NCBI GenBank assembly: GCA_002633005.1
Contig: NMRA01000027.1
Coordinates: 1,105,788-1,169,787 of the forward strand
Length of the DNA: 64,000 bases
Direction: 5' to 3'
DNA from: Phoronis australis
Lineage: Eukaryota > Animalia > Phoronida
This document shows, piece after piece, positions 53,048 to 64,000 of the stretch; the first letter of the stretch is position 1, and every line of letters begins with the position of its first letter. The notes under the pieces are model-generated. The model worked only from the letters and a program-made list of their open reading frames with translations, ran no database searches and was not told the origin of the DNA. A program made the translations under genes and the position numbers.

Positions 53048-53807
53048 ATCGAATAAAGAAGTGTCAGTTTTTTCCAAGCCCCGACATCATTTCTCATCGG
53101 AGTAGGAACAAGTTCAGACTAATCTTTTGCGACTAATGGTCTCTTTACAAAAAATTCACTTCCAGGACAGAATGCATGTTTAATAGCCGCTTCAAGTTGG
53201 ATCTTGAAATTTGTTCTTTGATCAAAACAAAATTCAGTGTTGTTTAAGCCTTGGTGATGAAAAACATCACATGATCGCCTGATTACTTATATAGCATCAC
53301 AGTTGCACTCAGGGGTTGTTTCTCAGTTTTAGGGTCATATCATTGTAAGCCAATCATAACATTGAAATTATGCTCTGCGAGTCCATCTGTCTCAGAAAAA
53401 AGGCCTGTTCGCACCTTAACCGAGGCTACACAAATGCTGGGAGATCTCACAGTAACATCCGAACCATGTGGTACCTGTCTATAATGGTGTAAACAAGCTG
53501 GGAATTGGTTCTCATATCTGCTACAGAAGGAGGTTTCTTTTGAAAAATTATCTTGTGGTGCTGCATGAAGGTCCATGTCTTCATGACTGTGTGGGTGCTC
53601 TTTGTTAAATGTGGGGGAGCCCATTGTTTGTTCAGATGTTGGTAGGCTCTTAGTAACCGTAATTGTCTCAAGACTATTTCCCACTGAGTTAAATCCACTA
53701 CCAGAGATGTAGTGTTAACAGCAAAGTTTACTTAAGTTCTCATTAAATACCCTTTTAAAGAGATCTTCGCAGCAAAAAAAGTAATTTTAAAGAAGTTAAC
53801 AGAAGCG

Positions 53808-53986
53808 CGAAAGTGAGCCTACTAACGAAAGTGAGCCTACTAACGAAAGTGAGCCTACTAACGAAAGTGAGCCTACTAACGAAAGTGAGCCTACTAACGA
53901 AAGTGAGCCTACTAACGAAAGTGAGCCTACTAACGAAAGTGAGCCTACTAACGAAAGTGAGCCTACTAACGAATGTGAGCCTACTA
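53808..53986 (+). repeat. Minisatellite, 18-bp unit, about 10 copies
   Basis: (CGAAAGTGAGCCTACTAA)n, near-perfect. Confidence 0.97.
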
Positions 53987-56900
53987 CCTCCGGAGTACCA
54001 GCCGAGCACTCTGCCACTGAATCAAATCCAGCGTTTTAAATTGCAAAGAATTCCAGCCGTATTTTAATGGTGCAGGCATTAGCTTGATCTCTACGAATAT
54101 CTGGCAGACAATGGCCAGAGTTGGCTATTTGTGATAAAGTCACAAGAACACAGCTGAGTGTTAGAGTTGTTAGTTTTGATGCGTATTGTCCTGTCATGCC
54201 AACGATTTTAATGAAACTGAAAAGTGGTGGGAGAGGGTGTCAACATATCTGTACACAATTAAATTATATTTCCGAAGTCTCAAAAGCGGAGTCAAAATTG
54301 GCCAACGAACTGAATGTAAACACAACTAATTTTCATGGGAAGATGTTTATTCCTTTCAAGAGACCCAAGAATTAGGTGGCTTCAGTTCAGACTCTTGACT
54401 GAGAATTTTGACTACTAACTCATTTTTAAAAATAATTCAAGTTACAGATGACAACTCTTGTTCCTTTGAGGACAATCGAAAGAGACTTTGAAACACTTAT
54501 TTTGAGAATGTGAAACAGTAAATTCATTTTGGACAAAAGTTAGTAACGAAATTCTAAACAAAGCAAATCCCCAGTGTGTCGACACTCTTTCCTGCAACAA
54601 CGTTATTTTTGGCTTTTTTGATAAAAAAGAAAATTTTAAAAACATTGTTTTATTATTGGGTAAACAGTTTATTTATACCCAAAAGTTCAGATCAAAAAGA
54701 TTACTTCTAAGTAGATTTTTAACTTCATCAAAGAATATTACCGGTATATGAGTGAAAAGTATAATGCTCGTAAGGATTTGAATTCAGCATTTATACAAAA
54801 AAGATGGTGTAACTTTGGAACAGTTTTTCTTAGCTCCCGTCTCCCAGTTTTTTGTCCTGATTCCCGGAGCTCGGTTTTGATCCCATTCCCAAAATCTCCA
54901 TTCCTGAGACTCTGCATGTTGTACCCACATTTCGTCAATCTCGGTCATTTCTCAACAAGGGCCTGGTCACAATTCCCGAAAAAGCCTTTCCTTAATAATT
55001 TGAGCCAAACCGTTTCACATGCACTTAAAAGTGTAATCTACATCTGCCTCTTGTAATGGCTTAGGGGGCCACTGACTACACTAATACACTGAATTGATAA
55101 ACTTCCAAGGCAAATTGTTGGGGTTTAAGGCATGGCCAGACCCCCCCCCCCTCCTCCCCCGCTTGAAACTATGGTAATGCTGGCAAAAGTGTCCATTTGC
55201 GGACAGTACATATGTTAGTGTTTTCGCCACTGATCCGATGAAAGCTTTAGGAACACTCTCTAGTCTACAAACTTCTTTCTGCTCTGTTACACAAATATTT
55301 CATTTGCTTGGATACCTACACTAAATGTACCATGCAGAAGCCAACCACATATCGTGTGACATGCAGCTCAAATTCTCTATGCCTGAAATGTACTTCTGGG
55401 ACATTAAATTCGAACTGGCCATTATCAACATATCCTTTTCCGTGGCACTGTGTAAGTTCTTTTTAATTTTACTGGAATTCCATAAACAAGTTCACTGAAA
55501 GGTTGTCTGTCAGGTCAACAAAAATCCCTGATAATTGAAATTCCAAACAGCAAGTGTATAACTTCTGGGCTCATTTATATTCTTGCTTGCCATTTTTTCT
55601 GCCTATAGTACAAGTATGTAGTGGAATTGGTATTTGTTTATACTAGGTTAATGTGGTTGTAATCATCTCTGCCATCAATTCATTGCAATTGCACCCACAC
55701 TTAATGGTTCGGTTCTGAACATTTCTCAAAGAATCCTGTGGGGACTATTTCAGAAACGTCCATTTCCCTTAAGTGAATTTGCATCCAAAGCTCCCATGGT
55801 GCTCTTTCAGTGAAAAACCAAATCAGAGGCCCGCAATGACGTCATACGGTCATGTGTGTGTGTTGGCCTGTTTGTTTGCAAGTGCGGTGGCGTTTTTGTG
55901 TGCCCATAAGTTGTTGGGGGCTCTTTGAGAATTCCCTGGTTGGAGAAAGGCGCTTGGTGGTTAAGATTTTTTCTTTCCACAAGGAGGAGATACGAAGCCT
56001 GTTTCCACTGATGTGCTACTCCCTTAGTTTGTGCTGTCCTTCTGGCTTTCGAATCCTTGTGTGAAAGCAGGTTGCACCTGCACCCTTGGGGGTCATTAAT
56101 TTGTTGGTTAATTATGACAGAATATACTGTGTTTATTTCAAAAATTATTTCCATAAATGTAGCTTGTGTACAATTTTTAAATTTCTTACCTGTGCCACCC
56201 ACTGTCTACAGGCCTCTACCAGGACGTAGGGGAGGTCTAAATGACTTCCTTGCCCTTTCAACTAACCAGGCGAGTGTGTCATTACAAATTGGGTGTACAG
56301 CTGTCATGACTGGTACTATTTTACTAGTGTAGATGTGCTGGGGGAAAGTAATATCCTGTACTAAACAATATTTTATGTGCACTCTTTGCTTGAGGCTTTT
56401 CACATGCCATGCAAGACTGATGTTTAGCTGTGTGTATCACAAATCCCCATCATGCATCTCGCACATGACTACAGTCAACTAACAGGCAATCGGCTGCAAG
56501 CTTGTCATATTTGTGAAGCACTTGTCAAACCCTGACATTTAGACAGTTGGCCACATTCCGAGGATTAAATATCTGATCACAGTCAGTAGGAAGAGATGGT
56601 GAGTTTTGACCTGGGGAAACAAAAACAATATGATAATTTAGAAAACTGTTACAGCGTTTTTGAGATTTCTTGAACTGTTACATCAAACCAAGTTTGGTCA
56701 TGTTATTGATACCATTGTTTAGTTCCGATGTACCTTTCTTTTTTGCTAATTATTACAAAAAAGAGATGGTCACGAGCCAATTAACAGCAGATTGATATAA
56801 AGTCAAAAATGAAATCCTCCATGATTTCTACTTCAGAAAGTATATACGTACTTTTACTGAGTTAGAAACTAGAGTTTTGTGAATATTTGGCTAAATTTAT

Positions 56901-58755
56901 CGAAGTTTAGGTAACTGTGCGAAGTTTAGGTAACTGTGCGCTAATGGTCTACATAAAATGATCAGAGTTGTCAAAGATAACCAGTACTGATTTAGCTACT
57001 GTCAACTCTGGGGGTCTTATTCCCTCACTAAGTTGGTCAAACTGGCTATTTGCAGCCAATTGATGTCCAGTTGTAAACAAAGTGAGGTTATAGTGGCCAC
57101 ACTCCAGGGCTGTGTTCTGCAGACATAAGACACTTGAGGGCAAAGCCAGTGTTATCACACACTTTGCTTCTAATGAATGGGATGTCTCACAAAGACTTGC
57201 TATGGATGATCTTGTATTTTTACTAGATTCTTGCATCTACAAATGCAGCCCAGATCTGTGACTCAGTCAGTGGTTTGTAGGGGACCAGACTGCTTTTGAG
57301 GGCATTATGTGTGTAACATTTAAAAGGGAACGTACCATGCAGGTGAAATTTGAAAAGATTTAACAAATTTTTGCTTGTATTAGAGCCATACATTGTTGTG
57401 GACTCAGGACTTCTTACATACTTCAATGACTCAAGATATGTCCGACCTCTTTATGGTAGAAAACGATTTCCCTCTCAAAACTGGTCAATTATTTAGGGCT
57501 CAGCTAGGGCATCGGCAGGGTTAATGCTGGCCCTTCCAAAACTGGCATTGTCATGTTAGGTTTTAATCAGCTGTAGGTAACTGTCTGTCTTCTTGAAGTG
57601 CGTTCTTATTCATCAAATAACTTTTCAACTACCATTTTCAACCTCTAAAGGTATATATTTAGGTATATATTTTCACAATCCTCAACGATTGAAATATCCT
57701 AGTTTATGCCTTGAAAACGTACAATTTTGTGACTGCCATTCCCTCATTTTTGATGGCCAATAACTCCATATTTCCAAGGAAAATAAAAAGTTTGCGACAG
57801 TTTCATCTGCCATAGACCATAAAAGGTGTCAAAATCTGTTTAGGGATTTGACCTGCACACTAAAGAGGAATGTTGAAAACTCAAAAAATTTGGGAAAATC
57901 AGAAGACCAGAAAATATCTGATAAAGATTTTCTGGGCAACACTCAGATATAACCTGCCCTTATCTTGAGAACCAGTTTGATGTTCATTATTCAGTGGAGA
58001 AAACTGGTTCTCAAAATTCGGGCACGTTATATCCGACCATTACCATTTGCTTTGTAACTGAAATGTAATGAAGTTGCCCTTAGCAACCCGAGGTAATTGA
58101 TACAGGAATAATTTGTTTAAAATATTGTCATGAGCAAAAAGTAAGCACATCAATATAACTTTATAAATGCAATGCGTAAATATTGAATTATTGAGAACAA
58201 AATTGCAAAGGTTAAGAATTACCCTTTTATGATTGTTTTTTTTTTGATAGTCATGTATCCACTTGGGGTTAAAGTGTTGGCTGAGAAAAATATTGCTTTG
58301 GGTGTTACATCAGTCACATGACTAGTTTACATAACAACATATGTGGGATTACTTATTTGCTTCCACTGACCTTGAAGCATTCAAGGGCATGCTGGGACTG
58401 ATGCATGTTCCAGACAAAGGACTGTGTTGTGTCTTGGGCAGCTGAGGGTTGTGAATATCATTTACATTGGTGTTAGGGTTGATGTCTGAGCTTCACACAT
58501 ATCTAGATAGTCATTAGTTATCACTGTCTTCCTGAAATTGAAAAGGTATTGCTGATTCATGTTTCTCTTTACAAGTGGAGTGTTCAGTTCACTTAAACAA
58601 GTCACTGTCTTGTTAAGTGGACAGGGTTGCTCTTACCAATTGAGATGGCTTTGCCCTGAGTTTCTTGGCACATTCTTATGTTAAATTTGAAAAAACAAAC
58701 AGCTAGAAAGAAAAAGTATTTGGTTATTTCTTGATCATCTTCATTTTGATTCCAG

Positions 58756-59285
58756 ACCCCTGACTCGAGTACTAAAGAAGAACAGTGTGCCAAGCCTACC
58801 TCACAAGGGACATCTGGTGTTCATGATAGGTACAACAGAACAAGATATGCAGAAGAGTTCAAACAAGTGAATGCCTTTCGTGAACAATTGTACCACCCTT
58901 TGAATACCAGAAGGGAGAGTTGTGATGACAAAGATCAAGCGGAATCTTGTGTTCCATCAGTATCAAGACAAACTTATTCAGTTCCAAAAGTAATAAATAC
59001 TGAGTCAGTGAGTGATCTCACAGCTGAGGGAGTGGATAAAAAACAAGATCGTAGACAGGCAAATGTGACTTACGTTAACAACAAAAATTATATTAATCAA
59101 GATTCCCGGAAAACTTCTTTGAACACTCAGCCAGAAACTTTGTGTACAATAACGACGTCTGCGTGTGAAAATGACACATCTGTGACAACATCACGTGTTG
59201 CGCCACCTGTTGGATGCACACCGTCAGAACCATCGAACATGTACCAGACATACCAGAACCAGCCATACAGGGACCAGTATGCAAG
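58756..59285 (+). CDS. Internal coding exon (530 nt) of the large unidentified protein
   Basis: Acceptor GATTCCAG, open in phase 0 (TPDSSTKEEQCAKPTSQG...QPYRDQYA), donor AG|GTAGGG in phase 2. Phases match both neighbouring exons. Confidence 0.85.
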
Positions 59286-59430
59286 GTAGGGTGATTTTGT
59301 TTCCAATCAAATTTGTAGTGATTCTCATTTAGCAGTTCTTTTATAGTGTTGATTGGTTTTGATAAAAGTATCGTTATCGCACTCGCTATTCTTGTCTTTA
59401 GTTTGCTTAGTGGAAGTTGGTAGTGTAATT

Positions 59431-59672
59431 AGAAACAGGTAGAACTTTAAAATCCAGTAAAAGTATATATTAAAAAACACTAGAGCTTTAGAGCTTGAAT
59501 GGGTGCGGCTCTTCATCAGGTGTGCAATGAATGAGTGCGGCTCTTCATCAGGTGTGCAGTGACTGGAAGTGGTGCGAAAGGTTTACTTATACTAATTGTA
59601 TCCATTAAGGCTCGGAAGCCAGTGCTTTTAAAGTAAATTTTTGCCGGATTTTAAAATATTTTACCTGTTTCT
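59431..59672. mobile_element. Foldback element with Penelope-type ends and degenerate hammerhead cores
   Basis: ~65-bp imperfect inverted arms (AGAAACAGGTA..TTTAAAATCC.. and ..GGATTTTAAA..TACCTGTTTCT) around an internal 32-bp tandem duplication containing CTCTTCATCAGG. Confidence 0.55.
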
Positions 59673-60202
59673 GCATTGTCTTTATATTTGATCAGGTTCC
59701 GACATGTGTCACTTTGAGTTGCTGTGAATTCAGTGAGTGTTGATTAGGCAAGACTTGGGGTGATTTTGGTTAACACCCGTGTTGTCTTACGTTGATGAGG
59801 AAGACGTAACTCTAATTACTACAGAAAACTCATCACTAGCTGGATGAGTGATGTTGTACATCATTATATTGGGCTGTTTTGCTGTGAGTGCCATGTGGCT
59901 ATCACAATCGAACAATTATATTTGTGCTTTCATGATAGATACCAAAGTTTCTTGATATAGAAAAAAATTCTAATAATTTTAGTAATTTTGAAACAGAAAG
60001 GCAATATTCTAGAAGAAACATTTTTCTTTCTTGTTGGCAGTTGCTTTGCATGCTTGTAATTCCTTAAACATGGAGGTGTGCCCATACTTGTAGGAAAATA
60101 ACTATCTCGCCGTCTGGTTTATAACAGTTTTTATGCAATGTCGGTCTACAGTTATGAGAGAGAAATGAATTCACTTCTTATTTATATACTTGCTCGTTTC
60201 AG

Positions 60203-63200
60203 ATATGGTCCTCCACATGCTGCAACTGCTTCTCCAATGAGAAGAGATGTCCACTACTACCATCAGGGGTCAGGGCAGTCACCATATCGTCACGGCCACC
60301 CACCTACATCGTCTTACTTAACTCATGATACTAGTCAACCACAGCCAAGGGATCACTGGGGCAACCAACCTCAGTACCCCCCTGGCAATGAAACGGATCG
60401 TGTTCAAAATTCGTTCAACAAGGACTTGTCTAATTCGATCACACGGGACTTCCAGCATAAACTAGCTGAACTCAATCACTATGACGACGGCGCCCCATAT
60501 GAGGAGCGTTTCGGTGTAGTAGATGTTCACCACGACTCTTATCGTGATCATCCCCATAATCTGCGTGATCGTTCTTACGGGGTCTATCGTCAGTCCCCTG
60601 AACGTCACCGCCTCCATGAGGATTCAGCTGACCTGACATCATCCTATGAGAACATCTACGACCATGCTGACCTATCAGCACATCGCAATCATATGCACAA
60701 TGTCGACTATGAAAATCAGCCTTTATATAATAGTGGATTTGATGCCGATCGATATTATATGTACGCAGAGGACACTCCGGAGAATGATCTTGTCGGAGGC
60801 GCTAATGTTGAGAGTGACGAAGATTTACTTGAGAATTATACCAAAGAACGGGAACTTTTCGAATCCAAGCAAAACTATGCCATAGAGAAGGAAATGTTTG
60901 AGCATAAGACATCCCTACCACAAGAAACTGTTGAGGAACAGTCTTCTGTGATGAACAGTTTGCAGTTGAACCACACACCGCGTCATCTGCGTGAGATTTC
61001 GCCACAGTATAGCGATGCGGATTCTGAACTAATGCAATATTATAATAACTACAAGAACCGTTTGTCTCCCTATGTACAGGTCCCCTATGATAACCAAAAT
61101 GGCGTACCCACACAGAACTCTGCGCCAGATTATGAAAATGCAGCTGTTCAAGAAGAAGTGTTGCCACAGAAGCAAACAAACTATGAGAATGCACCATTAA
61201 GTCTACCAGACGGTAGTGGGCTCATCAAACAACCCAGGAAAAGTCAGTACAGTGTTGATTATGAGGAATTGTGGACCAGCCGGTCTCATGCACCATCATC
61301 CAATGGCTATCAGTTGCCGGGGCAACCACTGACAACTGCCCATCAACCAATGTCGTCTTTTGGTCAACCAAACGTAGGTAATGCGGAAAGACCACAGTTG
61401 CAGGTGCAAGCAACTGGTGAGTCCAGGAGAGACCAACCCGTACCCGCACCACGGAGTAAATCATTTGTGCCGCAAGTGATAGAACCTGAGGAGCGTCAAC
61501 CACATGTGTATAGTAAGCCATTTGTGAGTCGGGAACTGGAGGCTTCCTTGTCACATGTGACCCCACAGAGGTCACCAGAGGTACTGTCTGATGCGACTGA
61601 TGCTGAGCATATGTTGGAACCACGGTCTGTCATGGCTGACAGCGTGAGTGCTGTTAGTCATTCAGGTGAAGGTGCCCCGTCTTGGTCCAGCAATCCTCCA
61701 CATGAAAGTTATAATCCACCTGAATTCGAGGCTCGGGCAAGGTATGAGCAAAGTACCGGCCACTCATTGGTTAAAAACCATCAACACGATCAGGCAAGTC
61801 AACCAAGTGGTTTCGTCAATTCTGCATCTAAAGAGACTGACAGAGGTCTTGTAGCTTATCACGGAAATCAGGGTTTTGTGGTACAGTTCACTGCTCCTCA
61901 ATCACCATTGTATCAATCTGCAGCTCACAGGGACCAAAACAAGCCACCATTGTTGAGTCGACGTCAGCTTTGGCAACAACGACTCTTGGAAGGTTTGAAC
62001 GAGTCTACCAACCATGATGGTAGTTCCTTACCTTTTGATGCTGTAGATAGTGTAGAAGAATCGAAGAAAGAAGAACAATGTCTAGAAGCACCTGGATATT
62101 ATAATGTGCCAACCGAAAACGAACACATCAAACAGCCAATTGACAAAAACTTGTTGCCTGTATTGGGATTGAGAGGTCAAAGGTCGGGGTCATCCTCATC
62201 AATTCAGTCTGATGACAGTTCAATAGAAAGTCACACTGTGGCCGTGAAGAAGCAGTTATGGGAACCTAAAGGCCCTGACGGTGGAGTGGAGGCTGTGAAC
62301 AAAGTGCAATCAAAGATCAGGGTTCCCAAGAAGGAGGATGAAGAAAAGCCACTGCATGTCAAATTACGCAGAAGTCCGTCTCTCGATGAGGTCAAGCAGT
62401 CTTCCGTCAGGGATAGGAAAAATCTGTGGGAGACTATGTCAAAAGATCAAAAACCAACAGATGACAAGCCAAGTAAGATTGACAACGTACCCATTGTTGA
62501 ATCATCTAAGTCTCCTAGTGAAAGTCTATCACCGAGTCGGGATGCTGTTTTACCAATATCAGACCGCATCAACACATTTGAAAAAGTAGCTGATGGTGTG
62601 AGAGCTATATCAACACCTGGCCTGTCTAAGTCTGTGGATGATGAATCTGAGCCTGTGGATGACGAGATACACCTAAGTGAAGACAATCAACCTGTCATAA
62701 GGGAGCATGTACAGCCAACTTTAAGTAGTTCACAGGAAATGCCTGTGACATACAAACCTAGTGTGTCTAACACAAAGGAGGTGTTAGACAAAGGTGAAGG
62801 AAGCAAGCTAACTGGCTCAATTGCAAACAGGAAAGCATTATGGGAACCGGGCTATTCGAAATCATTCGATGCTCCATCTTCATGTAATCGACGTGCTAAG
62901 TCACTATCGCCTGTCCTTGAAATTCCAACCAAGTCAGTGAAAAGTGTTCGCGAACTGTGGAAGGAGAAAGATCAACCCTCTCCTGCCAAAAAGGTTGTTA
63001 AAGTTCCCCAAGTCCCTACAAACACTCAAAGTAAGCCGACCAAGCAACGCTTCGATGAAGGTGCCAACACGAGTCTACCCAATGACATGTCTCCCGCTAC
63101 GCCGGTGCTAACATTTTCTTATGATAAGAAGATTTTCCGAACTCAGGAAGTTACAGAATACTGTATGCTGGAAAATGACTTCCTTTATCCAGAAGAACCC

Positions 63201-64000
63201 AACAAGATTAAGGAATACGTCCGCTTCAAGGATCGCACGGATGCCTGGAAGGAGCATGAGGATGACCCATTGCTGATGCCTTCAGATGAGCTGACTAAGG
63301 ATGAGTCCCAATGGTGGTACAGACCTGGGAGGTTCGAGCCTGCAGATTTAGCAGAATCCAGCCCAAGCTTCGCATCCATCCGACGACCAAAGCTGGAAGA
63401 CGTATCAGACCCATCAGTGGCATCTAAAGTCACAAACGTTGGTAGCGAGAATCTAGTCATTCCAACTGAAACTGATGGGATGGTCTCAAGAAGTAAATCT
63501 CCGGTAAGTCTAAAGCAGTCTGGTATGGCAGCTTTACTGGGGGTTGATGTCCCTGAGCCTGGTGTGGAGGAAGAACAGATTCAACCTGCAAAGAAAGTAG
63601 ATGTAGAGTTGCCAACCACAATTAAAGGGGAGAAGTTTGAAGCAGTTCCAAGGAAGGCATCAGAAGAAGCCACTGATGTCCGGCAGCTGTTGCATGAATT
63701 GCAACTTCAACACGAGAATGTGTGGGACACTGGTGCTTTACCAAAACGTGGGTGTGATGAGGAACAAGACCATGAAGTTGATGAGGAAATAATCACTGTG
63801 AGCAACTTGTCTCGTACACAACAGGAGATCAACTTGGATAACTTGAAGAACACATCTCTTCAGTACAGAGATGGAGAAGATGGTTCAGTAGACCTGGAGA
63901 AGATAAAGCAGAACTTGTTACGGCAGTCAAAGTTTCCTATTAAGTCTTCATCCATGGAAGGCACTCTTGTGGACACAAATGCAATAAAGAAAGACTTGCT
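60203..64000 (+). CDS. Giant coding exon (>1260 codons, open to the window end) of the large unidentified protein
   Basis: Acceptor CTCGTTTCAG, phase 2. Manual translation from 60204 (YGPPHAATASPMRRDVHYYH...VDTNAIKKDL) shows no stop. It is absent from the ORF track because it has no stop in the window. Confidence 0.9.

Noticed and set aside
53755-54067. Repetitive ORFs (SRLTFV)n, (VGSLSL)n and (SLLTKV)n
   Set aside because: They are by-products of an 18-bp minisatellite, with no splice or coding support.
60472-63460. Short ORFs listed in the track in this region
   Set aside because: All are alternative-frame or antisense shadows of the single giant + strand exon.

Overview
This is AT-rich animal genomic DNA with GT-AG introns, probably an invertebrate such as a mollusc or other lophotrochozoan (inferred from the repeat types). 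Two host genes lie on the + strand. (1) The last two coding exons of a glucose-6-phosphatase (G6PC-family) gene are at 3486-3635 and 5167-5438. (2) A large, unidentified, mostly disordered protein gene has putative 5' UTR exons near 9.7 kb and 11.6 kb and a ~2.05 kb first coding exon (ATG at 28995). A ~27.7 kb intron, a 530-nt exon and a >3.7 kb exon open to the window end follow; the ORF track misses this last exon. The big intron holds an antisense, 5'-truncated L1/Tx1-clade LINE with an intact ORF2 and a 20-bp target-site duplication (TSD). The rest is a patchwork of tRNA-derived SINEs with TSDs, a probable solo LTR, MITEs and foldbacks (some with degenerate hammerhead cores), minisatellites, and a ~3-3.8 kb tandem duplication at an N gap that is probably an assembly artefact. 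I found no CRISPR, rRNA or prokaryotic system and no convincing new multi-gene system. The best leads are the repeated motifs in the giant-exon protein and the retroelement features.
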